64,000 nucleotides of DNA from an uncultured Lachnospiraceae bacterium (GCA_964521785.1 CAZFTE010000004.1:9724-73723), one strand, 5' to 3'; positions 38,138 to 48,955 are shown, numbered from the stretch's first letter. The notes: a model not told the origin generated them from the letters alone. Numbers and translations: made by a program.

Positions 38138-39409
38138 ATGACGGAAGAAAAGATTTTTGAAAAAGACAAAGTAACGAGAGCCGTACTTGTTTCCGTTGTG
38201 CCGAAAGGCGCGGACGAAAGAGAATATGAAGTATCGTTCGAAGAACTTGCGCGCCTTGCGGATACGGCGGGAGCGCAGGTCGTTGCCAGACTTACTCAGC
38301 AAAAAGAAAACCCCGATGTCAGAACGTATATCGGTAAGGGTAAGGTAGAGGAGCTTGCAAAACTCTGCGAAAACAATGATATAGATATAGTCATCTTTGA
38401 CGATGAACTTTCCCCCTCACAGATAAGAAACGTTGAAAACGATATCGGCGCGGACGTTCGCGTTATAGACCGCAGTATGCTGATACTCGATATTTTTGCG
38501 CTCCATGCAGTTACGGGAGAGGGCAAGACTCAGGTAGAACTTGCACAGCTCAAATACACCGTTCCGCGCCTTTCGGGCAAGGGAACGGAACTTTCACGTT
38601 TGGGCGGCGGTATAGGTACGCGCGGCCCCGGCGAGAGCAAGCTCGAAACGGACCGCAGACATATCAAACGTCGTATAACGGCGCTTGAGGACGATATAAA
38701 AGAAATGACCAAGAACCGCGCGACAATGCGCGTCCAGCGCGACCGCACGAGCATATTCAAAGTAGCCATTGCGGGATATACGAACGCGGGCAAATCGACA
38801 CTTTTGAATTATCTTACCGGCGCGGGAATATTGGCTGAGGACAAGCTTTTCGCGACGCTTGACCCGACAACGAGAAAATTCACTTTGCCGGGCGGCGAGG
38901 ACGTATTGCTTACGGATACCGTAGGCTTTATCCGCAGACTTCCGCATCAGCTCGTAAATGCTTTTCGCTCCACGCTCGAAGAGGTATCTTTTGCCGATGC
39001 GCTCCTTGTCGTCATCGACGCTTCCGACCCCGAGGCTGATTCTCAGGGAGATGTGAGTACGAAACTTATCGAGGAGCTTGGCGCTTCCGATAAGCCTATA
39101 ATATTTGCATACAATAAATGCGATATGGCAGAGGGATTTATTCCGAAGACACCGACGAGCCAAAGTTTCCTCATATCCGCAAAAACGGGAGAGGGAATAG
39201 ATGCGCTCGTATCGAAGATAGAAGAGCTTTCTCATGAAAAAGCGAGAGAATATGTTTTCGAGATACCCTCAAATGAGCTTGGTATAATAAGCAGACTTTA
39301 CAGCAATACAACAGTAAAAGATGTTGAATATACGGAAAACGGCGCGATCGTTCGCGCTGTCGCCGACAATAAGAATGCGGGCATCTTTGCAAAATATATA
39401 AAGTGCTGA
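38138..39409 (+). CDS. hflX: GTPase HflX
   Basis: 423 aa with the HflX N-terminal domain and G motifs (GYTNAGKST, DTVGF, NKCD). Confidence 0.92.
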   Translation: MTEEKIFEKDKVTRAVLVSVVPKGADEREYEVSFEELARLADTAGAQVVARLTQQKENPDVRTYIGKGKVEELAKLCENNDIDIVIFDDELSPSQIRNVENDIGADVRVIDRSMLILDIFALHAVTGEGKTQVELAQLKYTVPRLSGKGTELSRLGGGIGTRGPGESKLETDRRHIKRRITALEDDIKEMTKNRATMRVQRDRTSIFKVAIAGYTNAGKSTLLNYLTGAGILAEDKLFATLDPTTRKFTLPGGEDVLLTDTVGFIRRLPHQLVNAFRSTLEEVSFADALLVVIDASDPEADSQGDVSTKLIEELGASDKPIIFAYNKCDMAEGFIPKTPTSQSFLISAKTGEGIDALVSKIEELSHEKAREYVFEIPSNELGIISRLYSNTTVKDVEYTENGAIVRAVADNKNAGIFAKYIKC

Positions 39410-39419
39410 GAGGTGCGAT

Positions 39420-40043
39420 GTGGAACGATTCAGAACTGTCAAAAAGGCGGGACATTCCGAACTTACGGAGAAAAGGTCCGTATTCATCGGTGATGTCGCG
39501 CATATTGAAAGCGAAGAGGAAGCCAAAGCTTTTATAGAAGAAAAGCGCAAAGCGTATCGCGACGCGCGCCATATAGTTTTTGCTTATATCGTCGGAAATA
39601 CGATCAGATACAGCGACGACGGCGAACCGCAGGGAACAGGCGGTCCGCCTGTTCTCGATGTCATAAAAAAGAACGGTCTTACAGGTGTCGTCGTTACGGT
39701 GGTACGTATATTCGGCGGTGTGCTTTTGGGCGCGGGCGGTCTTACGCGCGCTTATTCGGGCAGCGCGGCAGATGCGGTCGCAAACGCCGAATGTGCTTTC
39801 TTTGAGGAATATGAAGAATATTCGGTCGATATAGAATATCAGGAATATCAAAAGTTGCTCCACGAGATAACCTCATGCGGCGGCCGGATGACGACGTGCG
39901 ATTTTGGGCAGAGAGTAGAGCTTTGTTTTTGCTCGCTCGCGACGATATCCGAAAGGATATGCTCGCGCATCATAGCGGCAACGAACGGCAAACGAAACCC
40001 CACGCTCAAAAGGTCTTATTTCGACGAAGAAAAACAAAAATAA
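39420..40043 (+). CDS. YigZ / IMPACT family protein
   Basis: 207 aa with a GTG start. KRSVFIGDV...ARHIVFAY...DDGEPQGTGGPPVL matches UPF0029. Confidence 0.85.
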   Translation: MERFRTVKKAGHSELTEKRSVFIGDVAHIESEEEAKAFIEEKRKAYRDARHIVFAYIVGNTIRYSDDGEPQGTGGPPVLDVIKKNGLTGVVVTVVRIFGGVLLGAGGLTRAYSGSAADAVANAECAFFEEYEEYSVDIEYQEYQKLLHEITSCGGRMTTCDFGQRVELCFCSLATISERICSRIIAATNGKRNPTLKRSYFDEEKQK

Positions 40044-40175
40044 AATAAAAAACAAAAAAAATTCATTTTAAGCAGGTTTTTTTAAAAATCATGCGTATAT
40101 TATAAATATAGCAAAACTAAATAGCCTGTATTATGGCTTTTTGTATCAAAACACAGTAAGGAGGAACATCTTGTT

Positions 40176-41927
40176 GTGAAGATATCGCAGAGTTTTATCG
40201 AAGAACTTAAATACAGAAACAAGATAGACGACGTTATCTCCTCCTATGTTACATTGAAAAGGGCAGGATCGAATAAAGTAGGTCTATGCCCATTTCATTC
40301 GGAAAGAACGCCGTCGTTTACCGTGTTTACAAATACGGAAACATTTAAATGCTTCGGTTGCGGCGTTGGCGGAGATGTCATCACCTTTGTAATGCGCGCC
40401 GAAAACCTCGAATATATTTCCGCGGTGGAATTTTTGGCGAAGCGTGCGGGGCTTGAGATGCCTGCCGATTCCGACCATAAAAGCGAAATAGTAAAACGCT
40501 CTCGTATGCTGGAGATGAATAAAGAAGCGGCGCGCTTTTTCAATAAGATGTTGTATGATCCGTGCGCTCGCGAAGCTCAGGAATATCTTTTGAGGAGAAA
40601 ATTGTCCGCTTCGGCTATCAAACGCTTTGGACTCGGATATGCGCCGAAGAGCTTTGATATATTGCGAAATCATATGCATTCGCTCGGCTATCGCGACGAT
40701 GAGCTTAAAGAAGCCTTTCTTTGCGGCAAGAGCGAACGAACGGGAAATTATTTCGATTATTTCAGAGGAAGGATAATCTTTCCGATAATAGACAATTTCG
40801 GCAACGTCATCGCTTTCGGCGGAAGAGCTACCGATGACGAGACGAAGCCGAAATATCTTAACACTTCGGACACTCCCGTGTTCAAAAAGAGCCGCAATCT
40901 TTTCGCATTGAACTTTGCAAGGAGCGCTTGCGAAGAATATCTTATCCTTTGCGAGGGATATCTCGACGTGATAGCGGTCAATATCGCGGGATTCCCGAAC
41001 GCCGTTGCGACGCTCGGCACCGCTTTGACAGCGGAGCAAGCGAGGATAATGGCGAAATATACGAAGAAAGTCGTCATATCGTATGATAGCGACGAAGCCG
41101 GTCAAGCGGCGGCGCGAAGGGCTATACCGATACTTACCGATGTCGGTCTGGAGGTTTCCGTGCTGAAGCTGAAAGACGCGAAAGATCCCGACGAATATAT
41201 CAAAAAATTTGGAGCCGCGAAATTCCGCGAGCTTATAGAGGGAAGCAGAGGAAAATTTGATTTTCTTTGCGATGGTGTCTTGAAAAAATATAACATAGAA
41301 GACCCCGACGAAAAGGTCAAAGCCGCAAAAGAGATATGTGTACTCATCGCGGACATAAGCTCCGATGTTGAGCGGAGCGTGTATATCGTCAAGACTGCGG
41401 AGCGACTTTCGATAGATGAAAAGAGCATACGTTCCGATGTTGGACGCATACGCAGAAGAATGGGTCGTGAAGAAAACGAGAAGCAGATGAGAAAGATAAT
41501 CTCCGATGCTTCGGGCTACGGTGATACGGTGAATCGCGAAGCTGTCGGCAATACAAAAGCCATGCGCGCGGAAGAAGCCATATTGGGGCTTATAATGCTC
41601 CACCCCGAGCTTTTCGTAAAGATAAAAAGCGGTGAGTTTGAGCTTTGCGTCGAGGATTTCAAAACGACATTCGGAAGAAGGGTCTTTGAAGCCGTGGAGC
41701 GCAGCGAAGGCAAAGTCGATATCGGTATGCTCGGCGCCGAGTTCAACATGGACGAAATCTCGCGCATATCGGATATGCAAAGAAAGCGCGCGGACCTTGC
41801 GAAGAATGACGAATCCGTGTTAGCGGACAACATTCGCGTATTGAAAGAAGAAAAAAACAACGATAAAAGCGGCGATGAGCTTGCGGATACGTTGAAAATA
41901 ATACAGTCAAAGAAAAACAAGCAGTGA
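40176..41927 (+). CDS. dnaG: DNA primase
   Basis: 583 aa with a GTG start, the zinc-finger CPFHSERTPSFTV...FKCFGCG, and a TOPRIM region (EGYLDV). Confidence 0.93.
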   Translation: MKISQSFIEELKYRNKIDDVISSYVTLKRAGSNKVGLCPFHSERTPSFTVFTNTETFKCFGCGVGGDVITFVMRAENLEYISAVEFLAKRAGLEMPADSDHKSEIVKRSRMLEMNKEAARFFNKMLYDPCAREAQEYLLRRKLSASAIKRFGLGYAPKSFDILRNHMHSLGYRDDELKEAFLCGKSERTGNYFDYFRGRIIFPIIDNFGNVIAFGGRATDDETKPKYLNTSDTPVFKKSRNLFALNFARSACEEYLILCEGYLDVIAVNIAGFPNAVATLGTALTAEQARIMAKYTKKVVISYDSDEAGQAAARRAIPILTDVGLEVSVLKLKDAKDPDEYIKKFGAAKFRELIEGSRGKFDFLCDGVLKKYNIEDPDEKVKAAKEICVLIADISSDVERSVYIVKTAERLSIDEKSIRSDVGRIRRRMGREENEKQMRKIISDASGYGDTVNREAVGNTKAMRAEEAILGLIMLHPELFVKIKSGEFELCVEDFKTTFGRRVFEAVERSEGKVDIGMLGAEFNMDEISRISDMQRKRADLAKNDESVLADNIRVLKEEKNNDKSGDELADTLKIIQSKKNKQ

Positions 41928-41951
41928 ATAATACTGTGGGAGGATTAAATA

Positions 41952-43259
41952 ATGGAAAAAAACAAAGACTTGCTCGAAGCAACGGAAAAAGCTGAAGCTA
42001 AAAAGCCTCGTGCGAAAAAAAGCACAGCTTCTGCCGTAGCCGAAAAAAAGCCGAGAAAGACAAAGGAAAAAGACGAAGAATTTGAATTTGGCAAAGATAT
42101 CAACGTTGATGATTTCCTCAAAGACGCCGCTCCCAAACCCAAGACGGACGTTCTTGCTGATGAAAAGCCCGTAAATATTCAGGACCTCATCGAAAAAGCA
42201 AAGAACAAGGGCGCTGTTTCCAACAGCGAGATCATGCAGGCGCTCGGCAACAGCGACTACGATATCGATCAGATAGACAAGCTCTATGAAGCACTCGAAG
42301 GCATGGGTATCGACGTTACCGAATATTTTACGGACGACGACAGATTCAACGATGATGATAACTTCGACGATGACCTCGAGGGTCTTGAAAATGCCGACGA
42401 TATGGAGCAGATGCTTGCGCAGAAAGGTCTTGCTATCGATGACCCCGTAAAGATGTATCTCAAAGAGATCGGTAAGGTTCCGCTCCTTACTCCCGAACGC
42501 GAAGCCGAGCTTTCCGAAAGAATGTCTTTGGGCGATGAAAAAGCGAAGAAAGAACTCGTTGAAGCCAACCTTCGACTCGTTGTAAGTATAGCGAAGAGAT
42601 ATGTCGGCAAAGGTCTTTTCTTTCTTGACCTTATCCAGGAAGGTAACCTCGGTCTTATGAAAGCCGTTTCCAAATTCGACTACACGAAGGGCTACAAATT
42701 CTCCACATATGCAACATGGTGGATAAGACAGGCTATCACTCGTGCTATCGCGGACCAGGCAAGAACGATACGTATTCCCGTACACATGGTAGAGACCATT
42801 CATAAAGTTACGAAGGTACAGCGCCAGATGCTCCAGGAATGTGGACGTGATGTTTCTCCCGATGAGATCGCCAAGGAGATGAACATGAGTTCCGAAAAGG
42901 TTCGTGAGATCATCAAGATCGCTCAGGACCCCATTTCGCTTGAGACACCTGTCGGCGAAGAAGAGGACAGCCACATAGGCGACTTTATCGAAGACGATAC
43001 CACACCTGCTCCAGCAGAAGCCGCTTCCTACACACTTCTCCGCGAACAGCTCGAAGAAGTCCTCCATACGCTCACACCTCGTGAAGAACAGGTACTTAAA
43101 CTTCGCTTCGGCCTTGAAGACGGACGCACGCGCACGCTCGAAGAAGTCGGTCAGCAGTTCAATATAACAAGAGAACGTATCCGTCAGATCGAAGCAAAAG
43201 CACTCCGCAAGCTTCGCCACCCCAGCCGTTCCAAGAAACTTAAAGATTATCTTGATTGA
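41952..43259 (+). CDS. rpoD: primary RNA polymerase sigma factor
   Basis: 435 aa with an acidic region 1 and conserved regions 2-4 ([27 protein letters not shown]...). The dnaG-rpoD order is conserved. Confidence 0.95.
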   Translation: MEKNKDLLEATEKAEAKKPRAKKSTASAVAEKKPRKTKEKDEEFEFGKDINVDDFLKDAAPKPKTDVLADEKPVNIQDLIEKAKNKGAVSNSEIMQALGNSDYDIDQIDKLYEALEGMGIDVTEYFTDDDRFNDDDNFDDDLEGLENADDMEQMLAQKGLAIDDPVKMYLKEIGKVPLLTPEREAELSERMSLGDEKAKKELVEANLRLVVSIAKRYVGKGLFFLDLIQEGNLGLMKAVSKFDYTKGYKFSTYATWWIRQAITRAIADQARTIRIPVHMVETIHKVTKVQRQMLQECGRDVSPDEIAKEMNMSSEKVREIIKIAQDPISLETPVGEEEDSHIGDFIEDDTTPAPAEAASYTLLREQLEEVLHTLTPREEQVLKLRFGLEDGRTRTLEEVGQQFNITRERIRQIEAKALRKLRHPSRSKKLKDYLD

Positions 43260-43456
43260 TATTTTTGAAAAATATCTCAAAAATATTTAAAATGTACAAT
43301 TTATCTATTTGATTATTGTAACAAAATCACAAGTTTATGCACCGAATATAAATTTTTTATCGAGAAGTTTGTGAAATATCACAAAACAACTTTCGAAAAA
43401 TCAATTTTTTGAGTTGCCAAGCGACTTTTTGAAGATAAAGCTCTAAAAAAAAGACC

Positions 43457-43501
43457 TTGACACCACGGTGCTTTTGTTGTAAAATAAAATTGTTGTATAA
43501 T
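43457..43501 (+). promoter_or_regulatory. candidate sigma-A promoter(s) for the large lipoprotein gene
   Basis: TTGACA (43457-62), a 17-nt spacer, TAAAAT (43480-85), and a second TGTATAAT at 43494-43501. Confidence 0.5.
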
Positions 43502-43587
43502 ATCATATATATAAGTAGAAATATATATGGATAGCTCTTGCACAGGAGCATAAATTGTGCAAGATTTTTTTCGGAGGGAGTCCAAAA

Positions 43588-46500
43588 ATGTTTAAGAAAA
43601 TTTTGTCTTTAACTATGTGCATCTGTATGTGCTTGGCTGTCGCTCTTTCAGCTACATCATGCGGCAGCACAACGACCACCAGCTCTACTGAGACAGTACC
43701 CGCAACACTTACTTTCCTCGGTATAACAGGTGAAACAACTACGCAGGAAAATATCGAAATGGTTGAAAAACAGCTCAACGATATTTTTGCCGCAAGATAC
43801 AAAACAAAGATCGATCTCAAACTCGTTACGAAAGACGAATATGTCGATCTTGTAAAAGAGCAGCTCGAACTTGCACAATACTACGAAACATATGACGCTG
43901 CTATCGCAAAGTATAACGAATATATCCAGAAGCAGGCTACAACGTCCTATACATCCGAAAAGATCTTCGGTAACTGGATAAAACCGAAGGTTGAGATGAG
44001 CCTTGAAACTCTCGAAACAAGACTTCTCTATGTTTCCGAGCAGACAACGGTATATGAAGACGGTAAAGTTGAAACTATTTATCCCGAAGCACGTTCCCCC
44101 ATTGATATCATTATGATTGCAGACGAAGATATGTACGATGAATTTGAAGAACTCGGCGTTCTCGGTTCCGGTATCACAGCTTCTCTCGAATCTTACACAA
44201 ATATTCAGAAATATATCTATCCTACATATTTCTCTCAGCTCTCTTCGCTCAAGGGAAAAGTGAAGGCTATCCCCAACAATAATATGCTTGCCGAATACAC
44301 ATATTTGATCGTTGACAAAGAACTCGCGGACAAATATGATTTCAACATCAGCACATTCAGTAATTACGCAGACCTTTCTTCTTTCCTTGCTAAAGTAAAG
44401 GCTAACGAAAGCGTTGTTCCTTTTGCTGAACAGCCCGATGCTCTCGGCATTTTCTACACATTCTCCGAAGATGTTGCCATAGGCACATATTTTGATCCCA
44501 TCAACGGTTTCGATACAGATATCGAAGGCTCCGGCTTTGAGATCAAGAATCTCTTTGAGATCGAAGAATATGTTGAATACAATAAATTGATGGAAGAATA
44601 CACAAATGCAGGTTACTTCAGCGGCAACGCTGACAAAGACGGCTACGCTGTTAAAGTTATAACAGGCGATGCTTCCGTTAAAGAAATTTATGAAGCAGAC
44701 GATTCCAAATATGAGATCAAGATCATTCAGAATCCTTTTGTTCTCAGAGAATCTATTTTCGACGGTATGCTTGCTCCCACAGCTTATACTTCCGACGAAA
44801 AACGCTCCATGCAGATAATCGAAGCTATCAACACAGACTCCGAAGTTAAGAACCTTCTCCAGTACGGTATCGAAGGCTTGAACTACGAAGTAAACGATAA
44901 CAACACAGTTACAAGACTCAATAAAGATTACATGATGGATAATGCTCTTACGGGTAACGTATACATGGGTTACCTCGAAGAAGGCATGGATACAACAAAA
45001 TGGCTCTATGTTCAGAGAACGAACCTTGCTTCTTCTTTGTCTCCTAACCTTATCTATCCCGTTGACGATGCATATATCGAAGCAAATATCGAAGCTATCC
45101 TTAAGAGAGCAGCTCTTTCCGAAGCGCTCGAACCTTTGGGTATCTCTTACGAAACATACAAGTCCGCTTCCGGTTCTATGGCTAACACATACGGTAACAA
45201 CCTCAAGAACCAGTATAAAGACTTCTTCAAGCAGAGACTTATCGAAGAAAACCTTGCAAACGAATCCAGTGTTGACAACGTATTCAACGGCAGCTCTCAG
45301 GCTTACTCTTGGTACGAAGATCAGATTTCTCAGAAGATCATCGACGAAAAATATTATACTATCAAGACAAGCACAGAACTTGCAACTCTTGTTGAAAAGA
45401 TGATGGCTTCTCCCGCAGCGGCATACAATACATTTATTGAAGACCGCAAAAATGCGGAAACATACTATACGAAAATCGCTAACATGAGAGTAATTGCTCG
45501 TCTTACAGTATACGCGGATATCTCCGAAGCTGAGTACGAAGAAAAATATGCTAATCTCAATGATGAAGCATACGAAGAAGCTCTCTATGAATACATCAAG
45601 AAGAACTATATCGAAGAACACGAACTCACAGATGAAGAATATGATGTTCTCGTTAAAGGCTTTATCGCTTCCGTTGCTCTCAAAACAACTGATGCAAACA
45701 ACCAGGAAGTTGCTCTTACATGGGACGAATACGAGCAGATCAAAGAAAATGCTCAGAAATTCGCTGAACCTATCGCAAAAGTAAGAAGCGAATATGCTCA
45801 GAAGCTCATCGAAAACGGCTATACACAGGAAAGCCTTGATTCGATGGACGATATCACTTTCGCAGAAACTGTTGTAAAAGTTATCAGAGCTGAATACTAT
45901 CGTAACAGCAACCATACAGCGGCAAGCTTTGCAAATGCTGTTTATGATATAATCCTTTCTCCTCTCGGCACAACATATTCCGATCTTAAGGCTATGCAGT
46001 ACAAGGATAACGCTTCTTACAGTGATTACCTCAAACAGTTGAAGAACTACTATAAGAACGATCTTCTCACTGTTATGACAAAGGACGAATACAACGACCT
46101 TAAACTTGCCAATGTTTTGGAATCCGTATTCGATATCTACCTTGAAAAATACACAGGTGCTAACAGCCAGTTGTGCGAGATTGCAGGTATTTCTCAGAGC
46201 GAATTTGATGAATATAAGGGTTATATGGAATCCTACATCAAATACACAGAACAGATGAAAACAAGCTTCATCTATACACTCTATGCTATGTATGACAAGA
46301 ACGAGATCAGTTCTTGGACACCCGCACAGATCGAAAAGAACGTTTATGACGCTATCTACAACTCCGGCTACTACTACAACGAAGTTGCTACGACTATCGG
46401 TTCTTCTCTCTCTGACTACAACTATGCAAAGAGTTCGGCTAAGAACTATAAGGAAGACATCAGCAAGATCCTTGCAGAATACAAGAATGACCTCGCAGCA

Positions 46501-46788
46501 GCAGGTTATGATGTAAACGTTATCAAGAACTATGCTCCTTCCGAGATCGAAGCTATCGTTTGCGAAGTTATCGAAGCTAAATACTTCAACAATTACCAGA
46601 CGCTCGAAGAGATCGCAAAAGAATTGTCTGCCGATTATATCAAGGGTATGGCTAATGCAAGCAATATTGAAGACTATTGCGACAACAGTGCAAAAGCACT
46701 TTCCGACAATTACCTCTTCAATGCGTTGGTTTCCTACCTCAACGAAAATCTCCAGACAGAACTCGATAAACTTACTTCCGCGAACTGA
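43588..46788 (+). CDS. 1066-aa lipoprotein: solute-binding-protein-like N-terminal half plus long helical Tyr/Glu/Lys/Asn-rich C-terminal extension
   Basis: Start at ATG 43588 (GGAGGGA SD). Signal peptide MFKKILSLTMCICMCLAVALSATSC has a lipobox. Residues about 30-500 resemble family-1 extracellular solute-binding proteins (KAIPNNN..YLIVDKELADKYDF; NLLQYGIEGLNYEV). Confidence 0.7.
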   Translation: MFKKILSLTMCICMCLAVALSATSCGSTTTTSSTETVPATLTFLGITGETTTQENIEMVEKQLNDIFAARYKTKIDLKLVTKDEYVDLVKEQLELAQYYETYDAAIAKYNEYIQKQATTSYTSEKIFGNWIKPKVEMSLETLETRLLYVSEQTTVYEDGKVETIYPEARSPIDIIMIADEDMYDEFEELGVLGSGITASLESYTNIQKYIYPTYFSQLSSLKGKVKAIPNNNMLAEYTYLIVDKELADKYDFNISTFSNYADLSSFLAKVKANESVVPFAEQPDALGIFYTFSEDVAIGTYFDPINGFDTDIEGSGFEIKNLFEIEEYVEYNKLMEEYTNAGYFSGNADKDGYAVKVITGDASVKEIYEADDSKYEIKIIQNPFVLRESIFDGMLAPTAYTSDEKRSMQIIEAINTDSEVKNLLQYGIEGLNYEVNDNNTVTRLNKDYMMDNALTGNVYMGYLEEGMDTTKWLYVQRTNLASSLSPNLIYPVDDAYIEANIEAILKRAALSEALEPLGISYETYKSASGSMANTYGNNLKNQYKDFFKQRLIEENLANESSVDNVFNGSSQAYSWYEDQISQKIIDEKYYTIKTSTELATLVEKMMASPAAAYNTFIEDRKNAETYYTKIANMRVIARLTVYADISEAEYEEKYANLNDEAYEEALYEYIKKNYIEEHELTDEEYDVLVKGFIASVALKTTDANNQEVALTWDEYEQIKENAQKFAEPIAKVRSEYAQKLIENGYTQESLDSMDDITFAETVVKVIRAEYYRNSNHTAASFANAVYDIILSPLGTTYSDLKAMQYKDNASYSDYLKQLKNYYKNDLLTVMTKDEYNDLKLANVLESVFDIYLEKYTGANSQLCEIAGISQSEFDEYKGYMESYIKYTEQMKTSFIYTLYAMYDKNEISSWTPAQIEKNVYDAIYNSGYYYNEVATTIGSSLSDYNYAKSSAKNYKEDISKILAEYKNDLAAAGYDVNVIKNYAPSEIEAIVCEVIEAKYFNNYQTLEEIAKELSADYIKGMANASNIEDYCDNSAKALSDNYLFNALVSYLNENLQTELDKLTSAN

Positions 46789-46827
46789 TAAGTTCTTACG
46801 AACGGTTTAAAAATCGATAAATAAAGA

Positions 46828-46861
46828 ATGGGCAGAGATAATATCTCTGCCCATTTGTTTT
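46828..46861 (+). terminator. rho-independent terminator (first of two)
   Basis: ATGGGCAGAGAT-AAT-ATCTCTGCCCAT followed by TTGTTTT. Confidence 0.8.
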
Positions 46862-46864
46862 ATA

Positions 46865-46910
46865 AAAGCAAGCAGTATTTGTCTTTTGACATGATACTGC
46901 TTGCTTTTTT
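46865..46910 (+). terminator. rho-independent terminator (second of two)
   Basis: AAAGCAAGCAGTAT...ATACTGCTTGCTTT 14-bp stem followed by TTTTT. Confidence 0.75.
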
Positions 46911-46968
46911 GTAATATTGCTTGGGACAAGTCAATATATATAATAGTGTAAAAAGGGAGGGGATATCA

Positions 46969-47862
46969 TTGGGGCTTATCGAAAAGGTTTTGGTCTGTCT
47001 GCCCGAAAGGGGCAGGAGCGCATTTAATAATTTTTTGTCGTCTCAAGATAAAAGTCGAATAACGGAACTTCGGTTCCGCGCCGATGCGCCTGCTTCCATA
47101 ACATACGCAGGAAAAAATATTTGCAGTTTTGCCGGCAATGAGATAATATTCAGCGAAGCGGAGATGCGCGATATTGTGGCGAAACTTTGCGAGGAATCCG
47201 TTCATACATATGGAAAGACCATGACAGAGGGATATATAACGCTTTCCGATGGCGCGAGGATAGGCATTTGCGGACGAGTCCGCTCGGATAAAAATAATAT
47301 AATCGGTTTGCGAGATGTTACGTCGCTCTGCGTTCGAGTGCCTCATATAATATACGGCGTTTCAGACGAGATAATGCCGTTGCTTTATTCCCAAGGCAGA
47401 GCGCAAAGCGCGCTCATATATTCAGCGCCGGGGGTCGGTAAGACCACGTTAATACGAGATATAGCGAAAAAGCTGTCATCTGGCGCAAGGCGTTTGCGCG
47501 TTGCCGTTGTTGATAGCAGAGGAGAGATATATATCAAAGAGATGTTCGCTCATTCGCTCTGCGATTTTTTGGACGGTTACCCAAAGGGGATAGGCATGGA
47601 GATAGCGACGAGGACGCTTTCGCCGCAAGTTATAATATGCGATGAGATAGGCGGTACCGAGGACGCGGAAAGTATTCTGCGAAATCAAAACGGGGGTGTT
47701 CCGCTTATAGCGACGGCACACGCAAGCGATCTTGCTTCGCTCATGCAATGTCCGAATATAAAAAAGCTTCATGATGCAAGAGTTTTTAAATATTATATAG
47801 GCATTTCGCGCTCCGCGGAAAGCGAAAAATTCATATTCGATATAGCGCGGAGGGAAGAATGA
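46969..47862 (+). CDS. spoIIIAA: stage III sporulation protein AA (ATPase)
   Basis: Walker A SAPGVGKTTLIRD, first gene of the spoIIIA operon. The in-frame TTG at 46969 is preferred because AGGGAGGGG lies 7 nt upstream; the track ORF starts at 46921. Confidence 0.88.
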   Translation: MGLIEKVLVCLPERGRSAFNNFLSSQDKSRITELRFRADAPASITYAGKNICSFAGNEIIFSEAEMRDIVAKLCEESVHTYGKTMTEGYITLSDGARIGICGRVRSDKNNIIGLRDVTSLCVRVPHIIYGVSDEIMPLLYSQGRAQSALIYSAPGVGKTTLIRDIAKKLSSGARRLRVAVVDSRGEIYIKEMFAHSLCDFLDGYPKGIGMEIATRTLSPQVIICDEIGGTEDAESILRNQNGGVPLIATAHASDLASLMQCPNIKKLHDARVFKYYIGISRSAESEKFIFDIARREE

Positions 47863-48362
47863 AATTATTTGGTGCGGTATGCATTTTCGTATTTTTTTCA
47901 CTTTTGGGGATATTCAAGGGAGAGAAAGAAAAAGAACAACTTGCGGAATGTGAAGCATTCGCAGAGATATTCGTATATATAAAGAATCAAGTGGATTATT
48001 TTTTGACGCCGACAAAGAAGATATATAGCGATATCTCCAACGAGATGCTTGAGAAAAAAGGATTTTTGCCGAGCCTGCGCTCGCACGAAAACGACGAAGT
48101 TTATTCCAATGTTTGGAGACTATCGTTCGAAAGCGTGCGTAACGCTTTTCATCTTTCCGAAAAGCAAGAGGCGATAATACTCGGTTTTGGCGATAACATC
48201 GGAAAATCTAGCGATAAGATACAGAAGAACAGTTTCGATTATTATATAGCGGAACTCAACGGCGAGATATCGAAGCAAAAGAAAGAGACAGCAAAAAATG
48301 TGAAGCTTTATCGCACTCTCGGTATGACGGCGGGAGCTTTGGCGGCGATATTGATAATATAA
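47859..48362 (+). CDS. spoIIIAB: stage III sporulation protein AB
   Basis: 167 aa with an N-terminal TM. Its position and size fit SpoIIIAB, and it overlaps the AA stop. Confidence 0.8.
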   Translation: MKLFGAVCIFVFFSLLGIFKGEKEKEQLAECEAFAEIFVYIKNQVDYFLTPTKKIYSDISNEMLEKKGFLPSLRSHENDEVYSNVWRLSFESVRNAFHLSEKQEAIILGFGDNIGKSSDKIQKNSFDYYIAELNGEISKQKKETAKNVKLYRTLGMTAGALAAILII

Positions 48363-48377
48363 GGAAGGTGAAGGATA

Positions 48378-48572
48378 GTGAATATCGAACTTATCCTCAA
48401 AGTGGCGGGGGTGGGATTTTTGGTAACGGTGGCATATCAAGTGCTTGCGCGTTCGGGCAGAGATGAGCAAGCTATGCTCGTCTCCGTATCAGGCATAATA
48501 ATAGTGCTTTTGATGCTCGTAAAAGAGATAGGCGGGCTGTTCGATACCGTAAGGAGCGTGTTTGGGCTTTGA
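48378..48572 (+). CDS. spoIIIAC: stage III sporulation protein AC
   Basis: 64 aa, two TM. ILKVAGVGFLVTVAYQVLARSGRDEQA is the SpoIIIAC signature. GTG start. Confidence 0.88.
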   Translation: MNIELILKVAGVGFLVTVAYQVLARSGRDEQAMLVSVSGIIIVLLMLVKEIGGLFDTVRSVFGL

Positions 48573-48955
48573 ATACGCTTATCAAAGTGTGCGGTGTGGC
48601 TATGATAGGGCTTGTTTGCTCGACGGTATTGCGCGGAACGCGAAACGAACTTTCACATTTTGCAAGCGCCACTACGGGGATCGTGATATTCGGGATATGC
48701 GTTGCGATGTTTTATCCTGTAATATCGTATATTCGTGAGATCACGGAGCAGACTGATTTTTCGCTGTACATAGAAACGATACTGAAAGCGCTTGGCATGG
48801 CGATGATATCCGAAAGCGCGGCGGATATTTGCCGCGATTGCGGCGAACAAGCGATAGCTTCAAAGGTGGAGTTTGCCGCCAAAACCGCGATGATATTGCT
48901 CGCATTGCCTATTGTGAAAAGTTTATTGACGCTTGCTTTCGGGGTGATATCATGA
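48569..48955 (+). CDS. spoIIIAD: stage III sporulation protein AD
   Basis: 128-aa four-TM protein with a TTG start overlapping the AC stop. Its position in the operon fits. Confidence 0.85.
   Translation: MNTLIKVCGVAMIGLVCSTVLRGTRNELSHFASATTGIVIFGICVAMFYPVISYIREITEQTDFSLYIETILKALGMAMISESAADICRDCGEQAIASKVEFAAKTAMILLALPIVKSLLTLAFGVIS

Noticed and set aside
39171-39863. 230-aa minus-strand ORF, and similar ones at 27955..28479, 36242..37042, 38594..39235 and 30644..31585.
   Set aside because: They are antisense to confidently assigned genes (yigZ, the ferritin-like gene, spoIIGA, hflX and the symporter), with no independent coding evidence.
46911-46968. A sigma-E-type promoter for the spoIIIA operon.
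   Set aside because: The interval is AT-rich (GTAATATT...TCAATATATATAAT), but I cannot align it convincingly to the sigma-E -35/-10 consensus by eye, so it is not reported as a feature.
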